Source of the DNA: an uncultured Candidatus Saccharibacteria bacterium
Lineage (GTDB): Bacteria > Patescibacteriota > UBA1384 > XYA2-FULL-43-10 > 1-14-0-10-43-13
Length of the DNA: 32,000 nt
Direction of reading: 5' to 3'
NCBI GenBank assembly: GCA_964543385.1
Contig: CAZIYE010000001.1
Location: 510,001-542,000, forward strand
The notes beneath the pieces were generated by a model. It made no database searches, was not told the origin of the DNA, and was given only the letters and a program-made list of their open reading frames with translations. Numbering within the stretch: the first letter of the stretch is position 1; the number at the start of each line of letters is the position of its first letter. A program made the translations under genes and the position numbers. Shown here one piece after another: positions 15,973 through 25,026 of this stretch.

Positions 15973-18690
15973 ATGAAGACTAAAAAATATTCTATAGTAT
16001 GTATTTGTCAGATCTACAATGAGATCGAAAAAGGGAATCTGGAAAGGTTCTATAAGTATATAAAGCCACTTGTTGATGAAATAGTCATTTATGATGATGG
16101 CAGCACCGACGGAAGCTATGAATATTCGCTTGGGCAGACTCCTCATGTAATACGTGGTGGAAAAAATGATTTTAAAAATGAAATCAGTCATCGTCAGTTA
16201 ATGCTAGAGAAAGCTTTGAAGCTGTCTCCTGATTTTATTTTATGGCTTGATGCCGATGAGGTTCTCTCTGGTCAATCAAATGAGAACTTGCAAGAAGTTT
16301 GTAATGAATGTATCAAGAATGAATTTGACGGAGTTTCTATAAAAGAGCTAAATATATGGCGAAGTTGCACTTGGCGTAGATTAGACAGCCTTTATGATAT
16401 AGGCTGGTTTACTAGACTGTGGAAAGTCGTGCCAGATCTAGCTTTTGAAGATACAAAAGAAGGTCTTCATCAAGATCTTTTCCCTCCAACGATTAAAAAA
16501 GTGATGAAAACTGATAAAACATCAGTTCTTCACTACGGCTTTTCCGATGAAACCAATCTTTCTTACAAATACCTCACTTACCGTAGTCATGGCCAAAGTG
16601 GTTACGAAATGTTAGATAGACTAATAAGCGAGGAGAAGATTGAACTGGAGAGAGTGCCAAAAAACCTTTTTCCAGATGGTCTATGGGTTGAAAAAGAGAA
16701 AGAGCCTGAGAAGCTGACCTTTTCTGAGTCGTTGTCTTATGTTGATAAACTATCGGATAAAGTTTTTAGGCCTAAATATTCGATAGCTTGCCTTATTTAT
16801 AAAAGCGTAGACTGGCTTAAATTTGCTTACGAACAAGTATTAAAAAATACTGATATGGGTGGTAAAGAATTTTATTTTGTAGCAAATGATGCCGATGAAA
16901 ATGTACTGGAATATTTGAGAAATAATTATATTCCTCATTATGTGCTAAATAATACTCCCGACCAACGCAAAGAGTGGTATATAAATAATGTTTATAGAGG
17001 CTATAACTATGCTGCAAAGGTGGCTAAAGGCGATTTTGTTGTTTTTATAAACTCCGATATGGCGTTTACTCCAAATTGGCTAGATAATTTAATTGATTCC
17101 TACGACGGCTCAAATTGTATTGCATCGAGATTGGTAGAATCCGGCAAGCTTGAAGTAGGCAAGAATGGTATAGAGAAGGACTTCGGCCGTACAATATCAG
17201 AGTTTAAAGAAGATGATTTCCAGCGCTATGCACAAATGGTCTCTGATAATGAAGTAATTAATAGTGGTCTGTATATGCCACTCCTTGTTAGGAAAGATAA
17301 GTTTGAACAAATCGGCGGGTATCCGGAGGGCAATATCAAGATTAGCTCTAAAGACATTTTCCATCCGGAGATTGCAAAACAGGGAGAAGAGTTAATTTCT
17401 GGCGATAGAATCTTAATCGAGAAGCTAAAATCGATTGGAGTTCGCCACCAGACTTCCTACGGCTCTATAGTGTATCACTTTCAGTGTGGAGAGAAGGATG
17501 AAACTGGCACAGACAGAAATCAAGCAGATAAAACTGAAGTTGCTATATGTAACGATTTAGCGACAGGGACTATGGGCGAAAAGGTCCTTTGGGACTATTT
17601 GATTGAGAATTTACCTGGTGCCTACGGGGTAGATCATAGGACGGTAGGCGATACCAACTTTGCAGAAAAAGCAAAAAGATATATTCACCAAAAACATCCT
17701 AATACTAAAGTAATTATCCAAAATGCTTCGTTTATAGATTCGGTTGATAAAGATATCTATACGGTCGCTTTCTTGCAGGATGATCTTCGTTCTATGGGTA
17801 GACAATTATGCCAACAGGAAATGAATTTGAAGTTAGCTCATAAAGTTGTTACAAATTCATACCAAACTGCCGCTGTCTACAAGGACTATCCTTGTGAAAT
17901 AATTCCTGTCGGATTGGACTCTGATCTATTTAGTCCCCAAAACAAATCTTCTCTTCGTAAGAAACATGGATTTTTGGAAAAAAAGACAGGTATTTTTGTG
18001 GGTAATTTCTCCGAGGTTAAGGGTTGGTCAAAAATAAAAAATTGTATTGACAAATATCCTGAGATCCAATGGATTCTAGTTACCAAGAAAGATGAAGATT
18101 GCAAACATCCAAATGTAAGGGTATATAAACGAATTGATCAGCAATTACTGTCACAATTGCTCAATTGTGCTGATTTTTTCATTATAGGATCGCCGGTTGA
18201 AACTCAGTGCCTTGCTGCTATAGAGGCTTGTCTTTGTGACATTCCTGTTGTGATGCCCAACGTTGGTTTATTCAAAGATTTAAGCGAAGAAGAAAAAAGA
18301 AATGTGGGGATTATCGGTGATGATCTAGAGTATGGAGTAGAGAATATTGTAAAAGGCAAATATTCTCCCAGAAAAGTAATAATAGATCGAAGTCTTACTA
18401 TTAAAGATTCAATGTCTAAATGGAAAAAGCTCGTAGAAAATTCTGTCCTAATTGCAAACATAAATGGTAATAACAAGCTAGAATGGAACAATGATTTTTC
18501 TGGCCTATGGTTTGAGATAGAGTTCTTTTATAGAAAAAAAATTCTTAAAAAAATCTTTGGCAAGGAAGATCTCCAGATAAGAAAACATTTATCCAAGGAA
18601 TCAATACTTGTATTTGGCGGATCAATTCTAAGAAAAGTAGGACTATTAGAGATTGTTAAGAAAATTATTGGTTTCAAGTCAGAAAAGTGA
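15973..18690 (+). CDS. Multidomain glycosyltransferase (GT2 + GT2-like + GT4-like)
   Basis: 905 aa; domain 1 VCICQIYNEI...VDEIVIYDDGSTDGSYEY...FILWLDADEVLS; domain 2 YSIACLIYKSVDWLKFAYEQVL...NYAAKVAKGDFVVFINSDMAFTPNWLDNLI; domain 3 HKVVTNSYQTAAVYKDYPCEIIPVGLDSDLF...GIFVGNFSEVKGW...CADFFIIGSPVETQCLAAIEACLCDIPVVMPNVG. Confidence 0.9.
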   Translation: MKTKKYSIVCICQIYNEIEKGNLERFYKYIKPLVDEIVIYDDGSTDGSYEYSLGQTPHVIRGGKNDFKNEISHRQLMLEKALKLSPDFILWLDADEVLSGQSNENLQEVCNECIKNEFDGVSIKELNIWRSCTWRRLDSLYDIGWFTRLWKVVPDLAFEDTKEGLHQDLFPPTIKKVMKTDKTSVLHYGFSDETNLSYKYLTYRSHGQSGYEMLDRLISEEKIELERVPKNLFPDGLWVEKEKEPEKLTFSESLSYVDKLSDKVFRPKYSIACLIYKSVDWLKFAYEQVLKNTDMGGKEFYFVANDADENVLEYLRNNYIPHYVLNNTPDQRKEWYINNVYRGYNYAAKVAKGDFVVFINSDMAFTPNWLDNLIDSYDGSNCIASRLVESGKLEVGKNGIEKDFGRTISEFKEDDFQRYAQMVSDNEVINSGLYMPLLVRKDKFEQIGGYPEGNIKISSKDIFHPEIAKQGEELISGDRILIEKLKSIGVRHQTSYGSIVYHFQCGEKDETGTDRNQADKTEVAICNDLATGTMGEKVLWDYLIENLPGAYGVDHRTVGDTNFAEKAKRYIHQKHPNTKVIIQNASFIDSVDKDIYTVAFLQDDLRSMGRQLCQQEMNLKLAHKVVTNSYQTAAVYKDYPCEIIPVGLDSDLFSPQNKSSLRKKHGFLEKKTGIFVGNFSEVKGWSKIKNCIDKYPEIQWILVTKKDEDCKHPNVRVYKRIDQQLLSQLLNCADFFIIGSPVETQCLAAIEACLCDIPVVMPNVGLFKDLSEEEKRNVGIIGDDLEYGVENIVKGKYSPRKVIIDRSLTIKDSMSKWKKLVENSVLIANINGNNKLEWNNDFSGLWFEIEFFYRKKILKKIFGKEDLQIRKHLSKESILVFGGSILRKVGLLEIVKKIIGFKSEK

Positions 18691-19928
18691 AAACCATGAA
18701 GTCACCTATGAAAATATTGATTATAGCGATGACTGATAGTATCCATACATCAAGATGGGTCTCTCAGATAATTGATCAAGGATGGGATGTCCATATTTTC
18801 CCGAGTATATTGGGCGGAATTGCGCATGACAAACTAAGAGGAGTCAAAATCCATGATAGTTTTCTCTCGTTTAATGGCAAAGTTGGCATAAAATTTTCTT
18901 CACTACCCAGTCTTTTTGCTGCAATACCAGATCTTATAATGACAAGATTTAATACCAAGCGATTCCACCAAAGGAGATTGTCTAAATTAATAGATAGGCT
19001 CAAGCCAGATATTGTTCATACTCTTGAATTCCAGACTTCAGCCTATTTAATGTTGGAAGCAAAAATGAATCTTAAAGAAGTTTCTTTTAAATGGATTGCG
19101 ACCAATTGGGGTAGCGATATTTATTACTTCGGACGTTTTCCTGAGCACGAAAAAAAGATTAGAGAAGTTTTATCCCAGTGTGATTATTATTCCTGCGAAT
19201 GTGAGCGCGATGTGGCCCTAGCAAGACAATTTGGCTTTAAAGGGGAAACATTACCAGTCTTTCCAAATGCCGGTGGCTTTGATCTATCAGAAATCAGTTC
19301 TTTGCGTCAGGATAACGCTGAGGATAGAAAAATAATAATGTTGAAAGGTTACCAAGGATGGTCTGGTCGTGCCCTGTCTGGCCTAGATGCTCTTAAGAAG
19401 TGCAAGGACCTCCTATCTGGATACGAGATTGTTTTATACTCGGTTGACCCAAATTCAGAGGTTCCAAACGCTGTAGATACTTTTAGGCAGGAAACAGGAA
19501 TATCTGTAAAAATTCTTCCTGCAAAAACTCCTCACGATGCAATACTCAAATTTCATGGCCAGGCGCGTATATCCATAGGTCTAAGTATCAGTGATGCTAT
19601 TAGCACATCACTACTTGAAGCTTTGGTCATGGGATCATTTCCTATACAATCGTCTACCGCATGTACAGATGAGTGGATTAATGATGGCAAGACAGGGATT
19701 AAAGTGCCGCCCGAAGATCCTGTAAAAATTGCCGAAGCTGTCAAAAAAGCCCTTTTGGATGACGACCTTATTAACAGCGCAAGGAAACATAATTATAAAC
19801 TTACAGAAGAAAGGCTCGATTCCACAATCATCAAGAATAAATCTATTGATTTCTACAAAAGTGTTTATAGCGACAAAAAAGAGTCTGCTAAAGTCACTCT
19901 TCTTGATAAAACGGGCAAAAAAGGATAA
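18687..19928 (+). CDS. Glycosyltransferase, GT4-like
   Basis: 413 aa from GTG overlapping the upstream stop (GTGA); SIHTSRWVSQIIDQGWDVHIFPS, LKPDIVHTLEFQTSAYL, ISIGLSISDAISTSLLEALVMGSFPIQSSTACTDEWINDGKTGIKVPPEDPVKIAEAVKKAL. Confidence 0.9.
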   Translation: MKTMKSPMKILIIAMTDSIHTSRWVSQIIDQGWDVHIFPSILGGIAHDKLRGVKIHDSFLSFNGKVGIKFSSLPSLFAAIPDLIMTRFNTKRFHQRRLSKLIDRLKPDIVHTLEFQTSAYLMLEAKMNLKEVSFKWIATNWGSDIYYFGRFPEHEKKIREVLSQCDYYSCECERDVALARQFGFKGETLPVFPNAGGFDLSEISSLRQDNAEDRKIIMLKGYQGWSGRALSGLDALKKCKDLLSGYEIVLYSVDPNSEVPNAVDTFRQETGISVKILPAKTPHDAILKFHGQARISIGLSISDAISTSLLEALVMGSFPIQSSTACTDEWINDGKTGIKVPPEDPVKIAEAVKKALLDDDLINSARKHNYKLTEERLDSTIIKNKSIDFYKSVYSDKKESAKVTLLDKTGKKG

Positions 19929-19957
19929 ATTAAACTAAAGAAAAGAAGGTATATATT

Positions 19958-20845
19958 ATGAATAGACAAAAGATCCTTGTTCTTGGCGCAACTGGCATGC
20001 TTGGCAACGCCATTTTTACTGAATTATCTAAGGCTGATTTTGATGTTTATGGCACAGCCAGAAAAATAAGCCCAGAGTTTTTTTCTAAGGAGCTAACACA
20101 AAAAATCATTACAGGCATTGATATTGAAGATATGGCTTCACTTACAGCAAGTATTAATGATCTGAAGCCTGATATTGTGATAAACTGCGTTGGTTTAATT
20201 AAGCAGGCACCCAGTGCATCAAACACGGCTTTGGCAATATATATGAATGCCCTATTTCCTCATAAATTAGCCGCAATTTGTGAGCAGTCTGGATCACGCA
20301 TGATCCATTTCAGCACAGATTGTGTATTTAGCGGCAAGAAGGGCAATTATAAAGAAAGCGATTTTGCTGATGCTGACGATGTATATGGCAGAACCAAATA
20401 TCTTGGCGAAGTTCCCTATGATCATTGTTTCACGATGAGGACATCAATTATCGGCCATGGTATGGAAGCGAATGCATCTCTTATTGACTGGTTCTTGTCT
20501 CAAAAAGGCGAGAAAGTAAATGGTTATGATAAGGTGGTTTACTCCGGTTTTCCTACAGTTGAAATCGCTAGAATTGTTAAAGAATATGTTATCCCAAATC
20601 CCGAACTAAAAGGCCTCTATCATGTCTCTGCAGAGCCAATTTCTAAATATGATCTACTCAAACTTGTCGCCAGAATTTATGGCAAAAAAGTAGAATTAGT
20701 ACCTTCGGACAATGAAATCTCTAATAAATCTTTAAATTCAGATATTTTTAGAGAGGCGACTGGCTATAATCCACCAAGTTGGGAAGAATTGGTCACTAAA
20801 ATGCACGACTATTATAAGTCAAACGATAGTTTTGTTAAATTCTAA
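19958..20845 (+). CDS. RmlD/WbvR-like NAD(P)-dependent sugar-nucleotide 4-reductase
   Basis: 295 aa SDR; KILVLGATGMLGNAIFTEL, LKPDIVINCVGLI, MIHFSTDCVFSGKKGNYKESD, DDVYGRTKYLGEV. Confidence 0.92.
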   Translation: MNRQKILVLGATGMLGNAIFTELSKADFDVYGTARKISPEFFSKELTQKIITGIDIEDMASLTASINDLKPDIVINCVGLIKQAPSASNTALAIYMNALFPHKLAAICEQSGSRMIHFSTDCVFSGKKGNYKESDFADADDVYGRTKYLGEVPYDHCFTMRTSIIGHGMEANASLIDWFLSQKGEKVNGYDKVVYSGFPTVEIARIVKEYVIPNPELKGLYHVSAEPISKYDLLKLVARIYGKKVELVPSDNEISNKSLNSDIFREATGYNPPSWEELVTKMHDYYKSNDSFVKF

Positions 20846-20863
20846 ATATAAATAGAAGGTTAT

Positions 20864-21919
20864 ATGGAAAAACAAATCAGAAAAAAGATAGAGGGCAAAA
20901 CAATCTTAGTTACTGGAGGTACTGGTTCTTTCGGAGGGATTGTATCAAGAAGACTTTTGACTATGAACCCCAAGAAAATTATTATTTTCAGCAGGGATGA
21001 GAAAAAACAATTTGACATGAGAAATGAGTTCAATAATCCATTGATTGATTTTATTATTGGAGATGTCAGAGACAGGGAGAGTGTTGATAGGGCTATGCGC
21101 GAGGGAGTGGATTACGTTTTTCATGCTGCTGCCTTAAAACAAGTACCATCTTGCGAATTCTTTCCTATTGAAGCGGTCAAGACAAATATATTAGGAGCAA
21201 ATAATGTTTTACAATCGGCAGTTGCTCATGGTGTAGAAAGAGTTGTTGTTTTAAGTACTGATAAGGCAGTTTATCCAATCAATGCCATGGGCATATCTAA
21301 GGCTATGATGGAAAAACTAATGGTTGGAACATCAAAAACATTATCAAATTCAAAGACAAGCACCTGCGGCACAAGATACGGCAATGTTATGTATTCGAGA
21401 GGATCGGTGCTTCCATTCTTTGTTAGTTTGATGGAAAAGGGTAAGAAACTAACGGTAACAGATGGCAAAATGACCAGATTTCTATTGCCCCTTTCATATG
21501 CGGTCGACCTTGTTCTATTTGGTCTGACTCACGGTGGTAATGGCCATACATATATCAAAAAGGCGCCAGCTGCTGATATGGAAACTGTGGCCAAAGCAAT
21601 GTGTGAACTCTTTGATTATGAGCCTGGTTACACCGAGGTTGGCATAAGAAATGGCGAGAAGATGCATGAAACTCTTGTTTCTCAAGAGGAAATGATGAGA
21701 GCGGTTGATCTCGGCGACTATTATGATATACCGCCAGAGAGCCAGGATTTAAATTACAAGAAATATTTTACTTCCGGGCAGAAAATTGATCCTGAAAAAA
21801 TTGAGCCTTACACATCAGGTAATGCCACTCAGCTCAATGTAGAGGAAACAAAAGAACTATTGCTTAAATTACCGGAAATTCAGCAGGATTTAGAAAGGCT
21901 AAAAAATGTCAGAAAGTAA
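20864..21919 (+). CDS. CapD/CapE/WbjB-type sugar-nucleotide 4,6-dehydratase (5-epimerase)
   Basis: 351 aa; TILVTGGTGSFGGIVSRRLL, IIFSRDEKKQFDMRNEF, DYVFHAAALKQVPSCEFFPIEAVKTNILGANNVL, LSTDKAVYPINAMGISKAMMEKL, TRYGNVMYSRGSVLPFF. Confidence 0.95.
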   Translation: MEKQIRKKIEGKTILVTGGTGSFGGIVSRRLLTMNPKKIIIFSRDEKKQFDMRNEFNNPLIDFIIGDVRDRESVDRAMREGVDYVFHAAALKQVPSCEFFPIEAVKTNILGANNVLQSAVAHGVERVVVLSTDKAVYPINAMGISKAMMEKLMVGTSKTLSNSKTSTCGTRYGNVMYSRGSVLPFFVSLMEKGKKLTVTDGKMTRFLLPLSYAVDLVLFGLTHGGNGHTYIKKAPAADMETVAKAMCELFDYEPGYTEVGIRNGEKMHETLVSQEEMMRAVDLGDYYDIPPESQDLNYKKYFTSGQKIDPEKIEPYTSGNATQLNVEETKELLLKLPEIQQDLERLKNVRK

Positions 21920-23006
21920 GAAACCAAAAGTCATCACAGTTCTGGGAACTCGTCCTGAAATCATCCGACTAAGCCGAGTTATGGCTACACTGGATAAATT
22001 CTGTGATCACAAAGTTCTTCACACCGGCCAAAACTTTGACAAGACATTGAACGATATATTCTTTGACGAACTTAAGGTCAGGAAGCCTGACTGTATCTTG
22101 GACTCAAAATCATCAGGACCTATGGGGCAAATAGGCATAATACTAGAGGGCTGTGAAAAGTATTTTCAGGAAGAAAAACCTGATGCCGTTCTTATCTTGG
22201 GCGATACAAATAGCGCTCTGTCAGCTATAGCGGCCAAGAGAATGGGTATACCAGTATTTCACATGGAGGCAGGAAACCGTTGTTATGACGATAGGGTTCC
22301 GGAGGAAGTAAACCGTCGCATAGTTGACCATTCAAGCGAAATATTATTGCCATACACGGAACGAAGTAGAGCAAACCTTCTGAAAGAAGGTATTCTGGGC
22401 CAAAAAGTGTATGTTACAGGGAATCCTATTCTTGAAGTTTTGGATTTTTATAAAGAGCAGATTGACAGCAGCGATATCATTGAGAAATTAGGTCTTGAGG
22501 CAGGTAAATATTTTCTCGTTACTTTACATAGAGCGGAAAACGTAGATGTAGAAGAGAGACTCTCTGATTTTATAGAAGCTTTTAAAAAGACATACGAAAA
22601 ATACAAAATGCCTATTGTTCTAAGTGTACATCCACGGACGAGATCTCAGCTAGAGAAGCAAAATAAATCCTTAAATGGCGATGGCATGATTGCACTAGAG
22701 CCAATGGGTCTATTCGATTTTGTAAATCTAGAAAAAAATGCTTTTTGTGCCCTTAGCGACAGTGGCACTGTTCAGGAAGAGTGTGCCATATTTGGCGTCC
22801 CAAATGTAACTTTGAGAGATGTGACAGAGAGGCCCGAAACAATCGAAGCTGGCAGTAATTTTATTGCCGGATGCAAACCAGAATCGATTCTTTTAGGAAT
22901 TGAAGTTGCAACCAGCTCTAAGCTTAATTGGGAACCACCAAAAGAATATCTTGTTAGAAACGTTAGTGATATTGTTGCAAGAATCGTCTTGAGCTATTGG
23001 AAGTAA
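21906..23006 (+). CDS. Non-hydrolysing UDP-N-acetylhexosamine 2-epimerase (WecB/WbjD/CapG-like)
   Basis: 366 aa; TVLGTRPEIIRLSRVMATLD, HTGQNFDKTLNDIFF, PDAVLILGDTNSALSAIAAKRMGIPVFHMEAGNRCYDDRVPEEVNRRIVDHSSEI, VTLHRAENVD, SDSGTVQEECAIFGVPNVTLRDVTERPETIEAGSN. Start overlaps the upstream CDS by 14 nt. Confidence 0.95.
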   Translation: MSESKKPKVITVLGTRPEIIRLSRVMATLDKFCDHKVLHTGQNFDKTLNDIFFDELKVRKPDCILDSKSSGPMGQIGIILEGCEKYFQEEKPDAVLILGDTNSALSAIAAKRMGIPVFHMEAGNRCYDDRVPEEVNRRIVDHSSEILLPYTERSRANLLKEGILGQKVYVTGNPILEVLDFYKEQIDSSDIIEKLGLEAGKYFLVTLHRAENVDVEERLSDFIEAFKKTYEKYKMPIVLSVHPRTRSQLEKQNKSLNGDGMIALEPMGLFDFVNLEKNAFCALSDSGTVQEECAIFGVPNVTLRDVTERPETIEAGSNFIAGCKPESILLGIEVATSSKLNWEPPKEYLVRNVSDIVARIVLSYWK

Positions 23007-23007
23007 A

Positions 23008-25026
23008 ATGATATTCCACCCAAAAGTATCCATCATAATTCCTGTCTATAACGGAAAGAACTATTTGCGTGAAGCTATTGATAGTGCACTTGCCCAGACG
23101 TACGATAATTTTGAGGTAGTAGTAGTAAATGACGGCTCTATCGACGACGGGGCAACCGAGAAGATAGCTTTATCGTACGGAAGTAAAATACGCTATTTTA
23201 GTAAGCCAAATGGCGGAGTTTCCTCTGCGCTCAACCTTGGGATAAAGAATATGGAAGGGGAGTATTTTTCATGGCTAAGCCATGATGATGCTTATTTCAA
23301 TGACAAAATTGAATCTCAAGTAGAATTTCTCTCCAAAGAAAAGAACAAGGAAGCGGTCATTTTTAGTGACTATGACCTGATGAACGAACATTCCAAAACT
23401 TTTGCAAGCGTTAAAGTAAAGGAATTTCCGGTTAATAAATTGAAACTAGAGCTGATTCAGGCAAGTCCAATACACGGTTGTACTCTTTTGATAGCCAAAT
23501 CATTATTTGCAAAAGCAGGTCTCTTTGATGAAAAACTACGTACATCACAGGATTATGACTTATGGTTTAAAATGGCAGATTATACTGATTTTGTGCACTT
23601 AAAGAAAAAGTTAGTGAAGTCGAGAATCCATAGTGAGCAAGGTACCCAATCTCTTTCAGACGTTATGATAAGAGAATCAGAGTCTATGTACCAAAGAGAG
23701 GTAAAAAGATTATTCGTCGGTAACAAAGATTATTCTTCGCTTGAATTAATAAAATGTGCTGATGGATTGATCAAAAAGTATTGTTTCAAATCCGCTGCCC
23801 TTGTAGTAAGTTATGTTCCCCTTAAGAGAATAAATCTCTTAGTCGCCAAAAAATTACTTTCTTACGGTTTTGATTTATTGTTTTATAAAGCAATAGCCGT
23901 AAAACAAAAACTATTTCCAGTAAAGAAGAAACAAAAAACTATATTAATAATTACTCCAGGATTTTATCCTTTACCTGGCGGACTTGCCGAGCAAAGCTAT
24001 CTTCTTGGAAAAGAATTTGTCAGAAGAGGCTATAAGGTTGATATTCTGACTGAAAGACTCAAGAGCAATCTCGAAAAAAGGGAGATTATAGATGGTATGG
24101 ATGTCTATAGAATGAGTCATATCAAAAAAAGAAATATTTTTGGCTTGTTAAAGTTATTTTTTGAGACCACTTTCTTTGTCATAAAAAACCGATCGAAATA
24201 TTCATTTTGCATTATCAGAACCATCAGTCTGTATGCAGTAATAATTGGTTTCTTGAAATATATCAGAGTGGTTACATGTAAAACTTATATATCTGCTGAA
24301 ACTGGCGGGGAGAATGATGAAATTAAAGAAATAGGAGATAGGCCCTTCTATAGAATAATAGTTTTCTTTCTCAACAAAAATGATTATATCAATAGCAACA
24401 ATAATGATAATACTAATCATTATCTCCAGATAGGGATTATCAAAGACAAGATAACACTTATTTATAATGGCATAGATGTTGCCGGCTACAAAGAGTCTAG
24501 CTATCCCAAGGAAATAAATAATTTTGTTTTTCTGGCAGAACTCAACGTTGGCAAGGGGATAAAAGAGCTTCTCGAAGCCTTCAAAAAGCTGTTAGAGAGG
24601 TTTTCTGGCAAAAAACTATACATTGGTGGGTATGGTCAGATGGAGAACTATATAAAGGATTTCGTTAAGGAGAATAAATTAGAGAAAAATATTTTCTTCA
24701 AAGGATATATCAAGAAAGAAAATAAAAAATCATTTTTTGAAAAAGGCGATTGTTTCGTTTTTCCATCTTATTCGGAGGGTTTTGGTATAGTGACGGCTGA
24801 AGCCATAAAGTATAAAAGAGCCCTAATCACTACGAAGGTTGCGGATCTTGAGAAAATATATGGAAATCACGTTCTATATTGCGATATCAAAAATGTTGAT
24901 ATCTTGCTAGATATTATGACAAAGGCTATTACCGATTATGATCTTAATAAGATGAATTATGATAAGATAATCTCTAAGATTGATATTAGAACCACTACAG
25001 CAAAGATCGAAAAGCTATTTGTATAA
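23008..25026 (+). CDS. Bifunctional GT2-GT4 glycosyltransferase fusion
   Basis: 672 aa; N-terminal VSIIIPVYNGKNYLREAIDSALAQTYDNFEVVVVNDGSIDDG (GT2) and C-terminal TILIITPGFYPLPGGLAEQSYLLGKEFVRRGYKVDILT...FVFPSYSEGFGIVTAEAIKYKRALITTKVADLEKIYG (GT4). Confidence 0.93.
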   Translation: MIFHPKVSIIIPVYNGKNYLREAIDSALAQTYDNFEVVVVNDGSIDDGATEKIALSYGSKIRYFSKPNGGVSSALNLGIKNMEGEYFSWLSHDDAYFNDKIESQVEFLSKEKNKEAVIFSDYDLMNEHSKTFASVKVKEFPVNKLKLELIQASPIHGCTLLIAKSLFAKAGLFDEKLRTSQDYDLWFKMADYTDFVHLKKKLVKSRIHSEQGTQSLSDVMIRESESMYQREVKRLFVGNKDYSSLELIKCADGLIKKYCFKSAALVVSYVPLKRINLLVAKKLLSYGFDLLFYKAIAVKQKLFPVKKKQKTILIITPGFYPLPGGLAEQSYLLGKEFVRRGYKVDILTERLKSNLEKREIIDGMDVYRMSHIKKRNIFGLLKLFFETTFFVIKNRSKYSFCIIRTISLYAVIIGFLKYIRVVTCKTYISAETGGENDEIKEIGDRPFYRIIVFFLNKNDYINSNNNDNTNHYLQIGIIKDKITLIYNGIDVAGYKESSYPKEINNFVFLAELNVGKGIKELLEAFKKLLERFSGKKLYIGGYGQMENYIKDFVKENKLEKNIFFKGYIKKENKKSFFEKGDCFVFPSYSEGFGIVTAEAIKYKRALITTKVADLEKIYGNHVLYCDIKNVDILLDIMTKAITDYDLNKMNYDKIISKIDIRTTTAKIEKLFV

